DNA of 64,000 nucleotides from an uncultured Pseudomonadota bacterium (lineage in GTDB: Bacteria > Oederibacteriota > Muellerivitia > Muellerivitales > Muellerivitaceae): contig CAVYRH010000026.1 of NCBI GenBank assembly GCA_963770835.1, positions 224,001 to 288,000 on the forward strand, written 5' to 3'. This document shows, piece by piece, positions 26,358 to 35,811 of the stretch (position 1 is its first letter; every line of letters begins with the position of its first letter). The notes under the pieces are model-generated. The model saw only the letters and a list, made by a program, of their open reading frames with translations. It did no database searches and was not told the origin of the DNA. A program made the position numbers and the translations under genes.

Positions 26358-28153
26358 GAGTTTCCGGCTGGATAAAAATCGTGGGACCGGCCTTGACGGT
26401 CCTGCTTTGGGCGGGAGCCTCGCAAGCGGTGGGAGCGGGCCTTTCCACGGGCGCGGATTTCCTGGACGTCACCCCCAGCGCCCGGCCCGACGCCATGGGC
26501 CAGGCTTTCAGCGCTGTGGCCGACGATATCAACACCCTTTCCTTCAATCCCGCGGGCCTGGGCAATATCCGGCTGCCGGAAGTCTCCTTCAGCCAGTACG
26601 AGTTCCTGGCCGGCATCAGCTTCAATTTCGCCGGAGCGGCCCTCCCATTGGGCGGCTATGGAACCCTAGGTTTGGGCTACCTGGGGCTGGGCACCGCGCC
26701 CTTCAACAGCACTCTGAGCCCCTCGGCGGTTTTGGGAACGGACTCGGAAAGCGAGCTGATGCTAGGTTGGGGGGACGGCTGGGGCATCCTCCAGGCCGGG
26801 CTCACCGCGAAATACATCATGAGGAACGTGGGAACGGTCAGCGGGACGGGAGTGGCCGCGGACCTGGGCCTGCGCTTAAGACCGGACAGCCGGCTTTCCC
26901 TGGGCCTGGCCCTACTCAACATGGGGCCCGACGTTTCCCTGACCCAGCAGGAGGCCCTGCCCACGAACCTTAGGCTGGGGGCGGCCTACCGGTTGTTGGA
27001 ACTGCCCCAGCACAGCCTGGACGCCGCCGTCGACAGCGTGATCCCCTTGGTCACCAGCCTGCAGCCCCGGATCGGGGGCGGCTTGGAATACTGGTTCCAG
27101 GACGCCTTCGCCTTGAGGGTGGGTTACCTGGCCAACACCGACGAGGAGGGGCTTACGGCCGGAGCGGGGGTGAAGTTCGAAGGGCTGGAACTGGATTATG
27201 CCTACCAGCCCTTTGACCAGTTGGGAAGCACCAGCCGGTTCTCGGGAACCTACTTTTTCGATGAGCCCTTTTTTGCGGGCGGGGAACTGACCCCTCCCAC
27301 CCTTTTGACCCTTACGGGCGATAGCCAGGGAGGGGCATCGGCCAACTGGAAGGCGCCGTCCGGGGCCGTGGACCATTACGCATTGACCCTGACCACGATG
27401 GATGACGGGAAAAGCCGGGTTTTCGATTCCATTTCCAACCCGCCCGTGAAGTTCAAGCGGCTCAAGGTTGGCATCCTCTACCAGGCCTCAGTCGTAGCAG
27501 TGGGGAAAGGCGGTGTGCGCAGCATGCCCTCCAACAAGGCTTTCCTGAAGACCTCGCCGGAAGCGGGGCAGGCCCAGACCCCTACTCCGGAGGCCCAAGC
27601 GGGGGGTGCGGTGCGGGGACAGGTGTACAAGGTGGGGCTCCAGATTTCGTGGGAGGCCGCCGGATTCCCCGTGAAAGGATATCGGCTTTACCGTAAATCC
27701 CCTTCGGGCCAAACGGCCCAAGTGACGGTGAATCCGAAGAAATCGGAGCCTCTCTGGCTGGTGGAGGCCCTGCCCTGGGTGGGGTTCGAGTTCACGGTTA
27801 CGGCCGTGAAGGAGGACGAAACGGAACAAAAGGTGGGGTCCTTCGTTTTCAGCCCAGGACCGACCGAAATAGAAATGCTGAAGGCCCGGCCTTCGGTGGA
27901 GCTACGAGTCACTCCCGAACAGGAAGGAAGGGTCGTCCTGGAATGGGACCATGCCGGGGCCGCGGGATCCTTATTGTTGATGGCGGACCCGGTGGACCGG
28001 GTCTTTGAGACTGCGGCGAAATTAAATGCCGGCCTGCCGAAAAACCACCTGAAGGGCCTGAAGGCGGGGCCGCATTGCTTTATGGTGGTGAATGAATCCG
28101 GGGACGGCGTTTGGAGCGCGCGGAGCCCGGAAGTGACCGCCGCCATTCCCTGA
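26354..28153 (+). CDS. PorV/PorQ-family (UPF0164-like) outer-membrane barrel with C-terminal FN3-like domains
   Basis: GADFL..PSARPDAMGQAFSAVADD..LSFNPAGL, GGLEYW..FALRVGY, LDYAYQPFDQLGST; ATGA overlap with the lectin gene. Confidence 0.85.
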   Translation: MRVSGWIKIVGPALTVLLWAGASQAVGAGLSTGADFLDVTPSARPDAMGQAFSAVADDINTLSFNPAGLGNIRLPEVSFSQYEFLAGISFNFAGAALPLGGYGTLGLGYLGLGTAPFNSTLSPSAVLGTDSESELMLGWGDGWGILQAGLTAKYIMRNVGTVSGTGVAADLGLRLRPDSRLSLGLALLNMGPDVSLTQQEALPTNLRLGAAYRLLELPQHSLDAAVDSVIPLVTSLQPRIGGGLEYWFQDAFALRVGYLANTDEEGLTAGAGVKFEGLELDYAYQPFDQLGSTSRFSGTYFFDEPFFAGGELTPPTLLTLTGDSQGGASANWKAPSGAVDHYALTLTTMDDGKSRVFDSISNPPVKFKRLKVGILYQASVVAVGKGGVRSMPSNKAFLKTSPEAGQAQTPTPEAQAGGAVRGQVYKVGLQISWEAAGFPVKGYRLYRKSPSGQTAQVTVNPKKSEPLWLVEALPWVGFEFTVTAVKEDETEQKVGSFVFSPGPTEIEMLKARPSVELRVTPEQEGRVVLEWDHAGAAGSLLLMADPVDRVFETAAKLNAGLPKNHLKGLKAGPHCFMVVNESGDGVWSARSPEVTAAIP

Positions 28154-28195
28154 AACTTTAAGGTTCCGGCCCCAGGGCTGACCCGATTTGCAACC

Positions 28196-28705
28196 TTACG
28201 AAACCGCCGGCAGCTGCTCCCGTAGATGAAGGTATTCCTGGACGCCCGCCAGAATCATTTTTACGTCCTCGTCCCTTACTTGCCGCACCACCTTGCCCGG
28301 CACACCCAGGACCAGGGAACGGGGCGGGATATTCGCGTTTTCCAAAACCACCGCGCCCGCCCCGATAATGCACTCATCCCCGACCTGGGCCCCGGTGAGG
28401 ATGACCGACTGGATGCCGATCAAACAGCGGTTGCCCACCGTGCAGGCGTGCACGCAGGCTTGGTGGCCCACCACGCAATCCTCCCCAATAATCGCCGGAT
28501 AGCCGGTGTCTGTGTGGAAAACCGAATTGTCCTGGATGCTGGTGCGGTTTCCCACCCGAATGGCATCCATGTCACCCCGCAGGACCGCGCCCGGCCAGAG
28601 ACTCACATCATCACCCAATTCAACCTGACCGATCACGACCGCGCGGTCGTGGATGCGAACATTTTTCCCTATTTGGGGCTGGTGGGTCTGGTAGGGTTGG
28701 ATCAT
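28196..28705 (-). CDS. Gamma-carbonic anhydrase family protein
   Basis: AVVIGQV.LG.DVSLWPGAVLRGD, SIQDNSVFH, VGHQACVHAC hexapeptide repeats. Confidence 0.9.
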   Translation of the reverse strand: MIQPYQTHQPQIGKNVRIHDRAVVIGQVELGDDVSLWPGAVLRGDMDAIRVGNRTSIQDNSVFHTDTGYPAIIGEDCVVGHQACVHACTVGNRCLIGIQSVILTGAQVGDECIIGAGAVVLENANIPPRSLVLGVPGKVVRQVRDEDVKMILAGVQEYLHLREQLPAVS

Positions 28706-29124
28706 GACTTGCTCCGGGGACGGGAAATGGAAGTCACTTCCCATTTTATCCGGTCCGGGTCCTCGAAATACACGGCGTAATAATTCTTGTGATACTCAGG
28801 GAAAAGCCGGGGACTGTCGTAAAGAATCTTAACTTTTCTTTTTTTCAGGAAATCCCGGGTGAACTTCCGGACGGCTTCCTTGGAAGAAACGCCAAGGGAA
28901 ATATGGTTAAGACCCGGAGCCTTGCGGTGGAATTTCCTTTTGGAGTGGCCTTTGTCCGACTGGACGATCCAAAAATCGGTGGTGCCGTTGCTGACCCCGA
29001 TATGTTCCGAACTCTTATCGACCACCCGGTAACCCCAATAATCAAAAAAAGCCCTGTAAAAGGGAAAAGAACGGCGGGCGTCGGCGACATTGACCTGGAC
29101 GTGATAAACGGAAGCTTTAGGCAT
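28702..29124 (-). CDS. VOC/glyoxalase family protein
   Basis: HVQVNV.D..RS..FY, PGLNHI, YYAVYFEDPDRIKWE. Confidence 0.88.
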   Translation of the reverse strand: MPKASVYHVQVNVADARRSFPFYRAFFDYWGYRVVDKSSEHIGVSNGTTDFWIVQSDKGHSKRKFHRKAPGLNHISLGVSSKEAVRKFTRDFLKKRKVKILYDSPRLFPEYHKNYYAVYFEDPDRIKWEVTSISRPRSKS

Positions 29125-29129
29125 CTGGG

Positions 29130-29582
29130 TTACAGGTTCTCCAGCACGTCCACGGCGTGGCCCTTGACGCTGACGGGGGACCAGATTTTTTTGATTTTCC
29201 CATCCTTGTCAATGATAAGCGTGGTGCGCACGATTCCCATAAATTCGCGTCCCATGAATTTCTTCTTCTGCCAGACGCCGTAGGCTTTCAACATTTTCTT
29301 GCCTTCGTCCGAAAGAAGGGTGAAGGGAAGTTTGTATTTTTCCTTGAAGCTTTGGTGTTTCTTGACCGGGTCGGCGCTAACGCCCAAAACCACCGCGCCT
29401 TTCTTTTTCACCGCGCCCCAATTGTCGCGGAAATCACAGGCTTCCTGGGTACAACCCGGCGTCATGTCCTTGGGGTAAAAATACAAAACCACCGTCTTTC
29501 CCTTGAAATCCGAAAGGGACACCTTTTTTCCCTGCTCGTCGTCTAATTCAAACAGCGGTGCTTTTTGGCCTTCTTTTACCAT
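29130..29582 (-). CDS. bcp: Thioredoxin-dependent thiol peroxidase (peroxiredoxin Q)
   Basis: [23 protein letters not shown]. Confidence 0.95.
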   Translation of the reverse strand: MVKEGQKAPLFELDDEQGKKVSLSDFKGKTVVLYFYPKDMTPGCTQEACDFRDNWGAVKKKGAVVLGVSADPVKKHQSFKEKYKLPFTLLSDEGKKMLKAYGVWQKKKFMGREFMGIVRTTLIIDKDGKIKKIWSPVSVKGHAVDVLENL

Positions 29583-29935
29583 AGGTCACCTCAAGAGTTG
29601 AGAAGTGAGCCCATCATTGGGGAGGGGCCCGGGTAAAGCAAGTTGGAGCGGTGAGAGAAGTCCTGGTTTTTCGTAAAAACGGGCCATATTAAAGGTAAAA
29701 TCTGTGTAAAAGTTGACACAAATAAGACATAAATGACCTTATTTTAAACGATTCAAGACTTTCGTTTAACCCATAAATTTCAAAAAACCCTTATTATTTA
29801 ATAATTTTTATGCCTTTTGACTATTTTTTTGTAACCAAGAAGGTACAAGAGGTGTATTCTTTTTTATAATTAAACCAATCCATTTATCACCCCTTTTTAA
29901 CCACAAACTGAAGGGTTCAAGTAAAGGAGAAAGAC

Positions 29936-30652
29936 ATGAACTTCTATTTTTCGCTTTTCCAATTGATTGAAACGGTGGAGCATCTCGAAAAAGACGTGCA
30001 GCATCTCGCCAGCCGGGCCCTTCGAATCAGCCCTCGCGACGCCCGTGCCAACCGGGAACTTTTGGAGCAATGCGAAAGCAAGATGCACGAGGTGAAGGTC
30101 CTGCTGAATAATAAAACCCATATCAGCAAGATCACCTTGCGCAAGGCCGCTCTTCTCTTTCAAATCCTCGAAATTTTCTACAACCGGGTACTTCACTTGG
30201 CGTCGGCCACATCCAATATCGGCCCGGACGATGAGAATTCCATGAAAGCCGTCTGGCAGATGCTTTCGCTGGCCCAACGACATTACCAGGCACTTTCAAA
30301 GACCCTCTTTGAACTGACGGGCATACCGGTCAGCCTCAACATCACGGGCTCCCAGGAAGTTTCAACCCATGAACTTTCGGTCATCCTCCAAAAAGAGACG
30401 GGCCACCAACAAGACGCCCTCAAGCTCCTGGAGAAAGCCATCGAGGTCTTCGGAGAAGAACAAGAACTGGCTGAACAATTAGCCCAGATCCGCAAGGACC
30501 TTTTGGATATCAAAAAGCGCATGAAACATTTTTCCACGGGGCATGGGTTGGAGAAACCAGACTTCGCCAAGGTTTCGGCCGAAAAACCGGAATCCTCCAG
30601 GACAGAAAAACCGGCCGAGAAGGCCGAGCCCGCGGCTCCCGTGCGGTCGTGA
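29936..30652 (+). CDS. Hypothetical alpha-helical protein
   Basis: Strong SD aaggag, 238-aa ORF rich in L/E/K/Q; no recognised motif. Confidence 0.7.
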   Translation: MNFYFSLFQLIETVEHLEKDVQHLASRALRISPRDARANRELLEQCESKMHEVKVLLNNKTHISKITLRKAALLFQILEIFYNRVLHLASATSNIGPDDENSMKAVWQMLSLAQRHYQALSKTLFELTGIPVSLNITGSQEVSTHELSVILQKETGHQQDALKLLEKAIEVFGEEQELAEQLAQIRKDLLDIKKRMKHFSTGHGLEKPDFAKVSAEKPESSRTEKPAEKAEPAAPVRS

Positions 30653-30777
30653 AATCCTGAGCCGAAAGATTCAAGGGTGAGCGGAATACCCGTGCGATTT
30701 TTTTTTGAGGCGGTTTTAACCCGGTATTCCGCTTTTCCGTTGTCCCGCAGCCCCCTTTTTTACAATCCGGAAAAAGC

Positions 30778-32061
30778 ATGAGCCCCCGCCGGTACCGGCC
30801 TCCAGCGCTTTACATGAAGGCGCCTTTCCTCCAGAACGTCCTCGACGGTATGACGGAGTCGGTGAAGATCATCGACCGCCGTTACCGAATCGTTTACGCC
30901 AATTCCACCTCGCGCAAAAACCTCAAGAAGGACTTAAACGAACTGCGTGGCCGTTCCTGCCATGAAATGTTCTACGGCTTCAAGGAGAAATGCTTTTTTT
31001 GCAACATGGTAAAGGTCTTCGAGCAGGGCCAATCCGCGACCAGCTATTGCACTATCGCCGTCAATGGGGCTAACCGTGATTTCGAGGTTTCGGTCTTCCC
31101 CTTGAAGGGTGTCAGCCCCCAAATTGAATATGCTGTGGAAGTGGTGCGGGATATCACGCCCCTTTCCAAGGGTGGGGCCCTTCCGCAAAACGCCGGGAAA
31201 ATCACCAGCCGGGACAAGAACTTCGCCCTGGTGTTTGAGAACATGGCCCAATGGGCGGAGGACGAATGGCCCGTCCTTTTGCAGGGCGAAAAAGGGACGG
31301 GTAAGAAATCCTTCGCCCAGGCGATGCACCAGCGCAGCCGCCGTGCCGGGGGGCCTTTCCGGATTTTCCATTGCGTGGACAACGCCAGCGGGGAGGGCTG
31401 TGACGGCCTTTTCGGCGAAGGCGGCGCCTGGGAAAAGTCCAAGAGAGGAACCCTTTATTTGGACAGTGTCTGCCATTTGGGGGAAGCCAACCAGAAAAAA
31501 CTAGCCGAAAAACTTTCGGAGTCGGCGGACGCGGACAATCCCCGGGTGGTAGCCGCCACTTCCAAGGATATCCTCGAACTGGTGCACCGGGAGACCATCC
31601 GCCTTGATTTTTACAACCGCTTCGCCTCGCGGGTTTTGCGCCTGCCGGCTTTAAGGGAACGCAAGCAGGATCTTCCCTTCCTGGCCCAGCACTTTATTGA
31701 AACCTACAGGGTGTTAACCGGCTCCCCGGCGGAAAAACTGGGGCCCGAGGCCATGGTCCAGCTCATGACCTATGCCTGGCCGGGGAATATCCGCGAACTG
31801 GAAACCCAAATCGAGAGGGCCTGCCTTTTGGCCACGGGGCCCCAAATCGAAAAACTGGACCTGCCCATTGAAGCGCCCAAAAAGGAAAAACTGGACGACC
31901 TGATGGACCTGACCGAAAAGACCTACCTGGTGGATGCCCTTTCGAAAACCCGCGGGGGCCTGGTGGAAACGGCCCGGCTGGCGGGATTGAGCCTAAAGAC
32001 CCTCCAGCGCAAGATGAAAAAGCACGGACTCAAGTCCGAGGATTTCCGGAATCTTTCCTAA
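30778..32061 (+). CDS. PAS + degenerate sigma54-interaction AAA+ + Fis-HTH regulator
   Basis: PAS with CHEMFYG..C..C, VLLQGEKGTGK, LPALRERKQD, YAWPGNIRELE and C-terminal HTH; GAFTGA absent. Confidence 0.85.
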   Translation: MSPRRYRPPALYMKAPFLQNVLDGMTESVKIIDRRYRIVYANSTSRKNLKKDLNELRGRSCHEMFYGFKEKCFFCNMVKVFEQGQSATSYCTIAVNGANRDFEVSVFPLKGVSPQIEYAVEVVRDITPLSKGGALPQNAGKITSRDKNFALVFENMAQWAEDEWPVLLQGEKGTGKKSFAQAMHQRSRRAGGPFRIFHCVDNASGEGCDGLFGEGGAWEKSKRGTLYLDSVCHLGEANQKKLAEKLSESADADNPRVVAATSKDILELVHRETIRLDFYNRFASRVLRLPALRERKQDLPFLAQHFIETYRVLTGSPAEKLGPEAMVQLMTYAWPGNIRELETQIERACLLATGPQIEKLDLPIEAPKKEKLDDLMDLTEKTYLVDALSKTRGGLVETARLAGLSLKTLQRKMKKHGLKSEDFRNLS

Positions 32062-32152
32062 AAAGGCAGTTTGCAGCTGCTTCTTGACGCTTCCACAGCA
32101 CCGTTTTAAACTGCCACTCGCTTGGCTTGACGGTGAGTTTTTAGTCCGGCTT

Positions 32153-32168
32153 TATGACTCAAGTCATA
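32153..32168. promoter_or_regulatory. Candidate operator upstream of icd
   Basis: Perfect inverted repeat tatgact-ca-agtcata. Confidence 0.35.
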
Positions 32169-32246
32169 TTCCCCCCCTCTGAAGGGGGCTTTCATTGACT
32201 CTGCTTTTCGAATTCCATCTTCAAATTTCATGCAAGGGAGTCCCCT

Positions 32247-33506
32247 GTGTCCTACAGCTACCAAAACGTGAAGCCGCCCAAGGGAGAAAAAGTCACGATC
32301 CAGAACGGGGTCTTGAAGGTTCCCGACAACCCAATCCTTCCCTTTATCGAAGGCGACGGCACGGGACCGGACATCTGGCGGGCCTCCGTTCGCATCTTCG
32401 ACGCGGCGGTGGAGAAAGCCTATAAAGGAAAGAAGAAAATTTCCTGGTTCGAGGTTTACGCCGGCCAGACGGCCTTCGACAAGTTCCAAAACTGGCTCCC
32501 GGACGACACGGTGGAGGCCTTCAAGGAATACCTGGTGGGCATCAAGGGCCCTTTGACAACGCCCGTGGGCGGCGGCATCCGCTCCCTCAACGTAGCCCTG
32601 CGCCAGATGCTGGACCTCTACGTTTGCCTGAGGCCCGTGCGCTATTTCACGGGCGTGCCCTCACCGGTCAAACACCCCGAGAAGGTGGATATGGTTATCT
32701 TCCGCGAGAACACCGAGGACATCTACGCGGGCATCGAGTGGCAGGAGGGGACCCCCGAATCCAAGAAGGTCATCGAATGGCTCCAGAAGGAAATGGGGGT
32801 CAAGAAAATCCGTTTCCCACAGACCTCCGGCATCGGCATCAAGCCCGTTTCCCGCGAGGGAACGGAACGGCTGGTGCGGGCGGCCATCCACTACGCTATT
32901 ATCCACAAGCGCAAGAGCGTGAATTTCGTACACAAGGGCAACATCATGAAGTTCACCGAGGGCGCCTTCCGCGACTGGGGCTATGCCCTAGCTAAGAAGG
33001 AATTCGGGGCGGTCGAACTGGACGGTGGGCCCTGGTGCAAGATTCCCGAGGGGAAACCGGGCGCGGGCATCGTCATCAAGGACTCCATCGCGGACATCAC
33101 CCTGCAGCAAACCCTGACCCGCGCGGACGAATTCGACGTCATCGCCACTCTCAACCTGAACGGCGACTACCTTTCGGACGCCCTGGCGGCCCAAGTGGGC
33201 GGCATTGGAATCGCGCCCGGGGGGAACATCAATTACGTGTCGGGCCACGCGATTTTCGAGGCCACCCATGGCACAGCCCCCAAATATGCCAACCTGGACA
33301 AGGTGAACCCGGGTTCCGTGGTGCTCTCCGGTGTCATGATGCTTGAGCATATGGGCTGGCAGGAAGCGGCGGACATGATCGTGAAGTCTTTGGAAAAAAC
33401 CATTTCTCAAAAAGTGGTCACTTACGATTTCGCGCGGTTGATGGAAGGGGCCAAGGAAGTGAAGTGCTCCGAATTCGCCACGGCGGTCATCGGGAACATG
33501 GCCTAA
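32247..33506 (+). CDS. icd: NADP-dependent isocitrate dehydrogenase
   Basis: [71 protein letters not shown]. Confidence 0.98.
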   Translation: MSYSYQNVKPPKGEKVTIQNGVLKVPDNPILPFIEGDGTGPDIWRASVRIFDAAVEKAYKGKKKISWFEVYAGQTAFDKFQNWLPDDTVEAFKEYLVGIKGPLTTPVGGGIRSLNVALRQMLDLYVCLRPVRYFTGVPSPVKHPEKVDMVIFRENTEDIYAGIEWQEGTPESKKVIEWLQKEMGVKKIRFPQTSGIGIKPVSREGTERLVRAAIHYAIIHKRKSVNFVHKGNIMKFTEGAFRDWGYALAKKEFGAVELDGGPWCKIPEGKPGAGIVIKDSIADITLQQTLTRADEFDVIATLNLNGDYLSDALAAQVGGIGIAPGGNINYVSGHAIFEATHGTAPKYANLDKVNPGSVVLSGVMMLEHMGWQEAADMIVKSLEKTISQKVVTYDFARLMEGAKEVKCSEFATAVIGNMA

Positions 33507-33513
33507 GCGTTTT

Positions 33514-33559
33514 AAAGAAACCCAGGACCACACCAGATGGTTCCGGGTTTTTCTTTTTT
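33514..33559 (+). terminator. Probable intrinsic terminator after icd
   Basis: aaacccaggacca...tggttccgggttt followed by a T-rich tail. Confidence 0.55.
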
Positions 33560-33769
33560 CGGAAAACTTTTTTTGAGAAAAAAGACCCGGATTCAGCTAT
33601 CACGAGAAACCCAACACTGAAAGCCCTTTAGTTTCATTTTGAAACCTTCCCCGGTTTCGGTTCCTTTTTCCGTTCCCGGGGGTGTCGAAAAAAATTCAGT
33701 GATACAATTTAAAAAAGAAGGATTTTTTTATTAGCCGCGAAAATCGTTTGCTGGAAAAGCGAAAAACCA

Positions 33770-35753
33770 ATGCGAATCCCATCCTTTCAATTGAACTTTC
33801 AGTGGTTTGTTTTTCTTCTTTTCCTGGGGAGCGCGAGTTTATGGGCTCCCGCGGCCCAAGCCCAAACCTCGAATTATTGCGACGGGCCCGGAACCAACCA
33901 TACGGTGAACATCGGTTCCTACAACGTCATAACCAATTATTGGAGCGGCAGCTGTAGCGGCACCCAATGTGTGACAATCAACGATTCCACGGGCGCCTTC
34001 GGCGTCACGGAGTACACGGGCACTGTCCCAACGTCGGCAGCTATCCCGCGATTTATTACGGCTGCCATTACGGCAACTGCAGTTCCGGAACCAACCTACC
34101 CATGCTGGTCAGCAACCTCACCTGCGTCACCTCCAGCTGGAACTTCACGCCCACTACCACCGGCCAGTATGACATCGCCTATGACATCTGGTTTTCCACG
34201 ACCACCAACACCAGCGGGGGCTACGCGGGCGGGGCGGAGCTGATGATCTGGCTCAACACCACCGGCAACCCAGGGCCGGCCGGGACGCTGCAAGCCTCCA
34301 ACGTCTCCATCGACGGATATACTTTCAACGTCTGGGAAGGCAATATCGGCTGGAATTATATCGCTTACGTCATCAACGCCAACGTCACCTCGGTCACCAA
34401 CCTGAACATCCTGAATTTCATCAACGACTCGGTTTCGCGGGGTTACATCAACTCCGGTTGGTACCTGGCGGCCATTGAGGCGGGCATCGAGCTCCGGTAC
34501 CAGGGTGTGCCCTATACCAGCAATTCCTTCTCCGCTGCTGTCAATGGTGGCTGTTCCAGCGCCGCGACGCCGACTTTCACCTCAACCCCAACTTCCACCG
34601 CAACCGGTACCCCCACCTCGACCCGTACTTCTACTCCCACGGCCACCTTAACTACTACACCCACTAAAACAGCCACTTTAACCCCTTCTAGCACTCCCAC
34701 CCCCACGGCAACGAATTCCACAACCCGAACTCCTACCTTAACACCCACGAATTCGGCGACCTCCACGCCGTCCTTTACCGCCACATCGACGCTTAGTTCA
34801 ACGGCCACTTCAACGGCGACGAACAGTCCCACCCGCACGGCCACCGCAACAGCCACGCCCACGGGAGCCAATACCTCTACCTCAACGGCCACCTCTACGC
34901 CCACCAGTTCCGCGACCCGAACGGCCACTTCAACGGCAACGGGTACCCCGACCCAAACCACCACCCCAAGTCCCACCAAAACCACAACAGCCACACCCAC
35001 GAATTCAACAACCTCGACCCCGTCGGCCACCGCGACGTCTTCCCGACATCCACCACCACTTCCACGGCCACCCCCAGCGCCACCGACAGTGGGACCGCAA
35101 CCCCGACTTCCACGGGAACTTTGAGCCCTTCCATGACACCCACCCTGACCCCGACGGAAACCTCGACTTCGACGGCAACCTTTACCGCCACGAAAACGGT
35201 GACTTCCTCCGCGACATCCACGGCCAGCACTACCGCCACCCTTACGGAAACCCAAACGCCCACCCTGACCGCCACGGACACCGCCAGCTTCACCGCAACA
35301 AATACTCCGATCAGCTCCTCAACTCCCACGGCAACCGCTACCTTCTCACCTACCCGCAGTGCAACTCCCACCGCGACCACCACTCCCACGAATACCAATA
35401 TCAATACGGTCACGCCGACGGCCTCCATGACGCCCACGCCCCCAGCTTCACCCAGTGCCACTCCGTCGGGTCAGGCCACTGTGATCGTGTTCCCGAACCC
35501 GATATTCGGTCAGGGGCCGGTGACTTTGCGACTGACGCTGACTGCGCAGGCCAACCAAGTCGTCATCAGCGTCTATACGACCGCCTTCCGCATGGTCAAC
35601 CGGATCACCGAAGTGAACCTGCCTCAGGGAACCACCGAAATCGCCATTCCCCTGACAGACAAATCAGGCGCGCCGCTGGCCAATGGGCTTTATTACATTG
35701 TGGTAAGGACGCCCCAAAACCGGTTCCTCTTAAAACTCCTCGTGCTCCGCTAG
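33770..35753 (+). pseudogene. Secreted GH12 endoglucanase + Thr linker + C-terminal sorting domain, broken by two single-base frameshifts (pseudogene or sequence error)
   Basis: Signal peptide in the frame from 33770. GH12 motifs SYPAIYYG, YDIAYDIW, GAELMIWL and IEAGIE in the next frame. Linker end and FPNP..KLLVLR in a third frame. Shifts near 34022-34030 and 35040-35045. Confidence 0.8.
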
Positions 35754-35811
35754 AATTCGGCGAAGGTTAGCTTTTAAACGGGAAGGAATCCGGTTTAAAC
35801 TAGTTCTTCCT

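Noticed and set aside
29583..29935. AT-rich intergenic stretch as an ncRNA, origin or foreign insert
   Set aside because: No recognisable structure or iterated boxes; consistent with a divergent promoter region.
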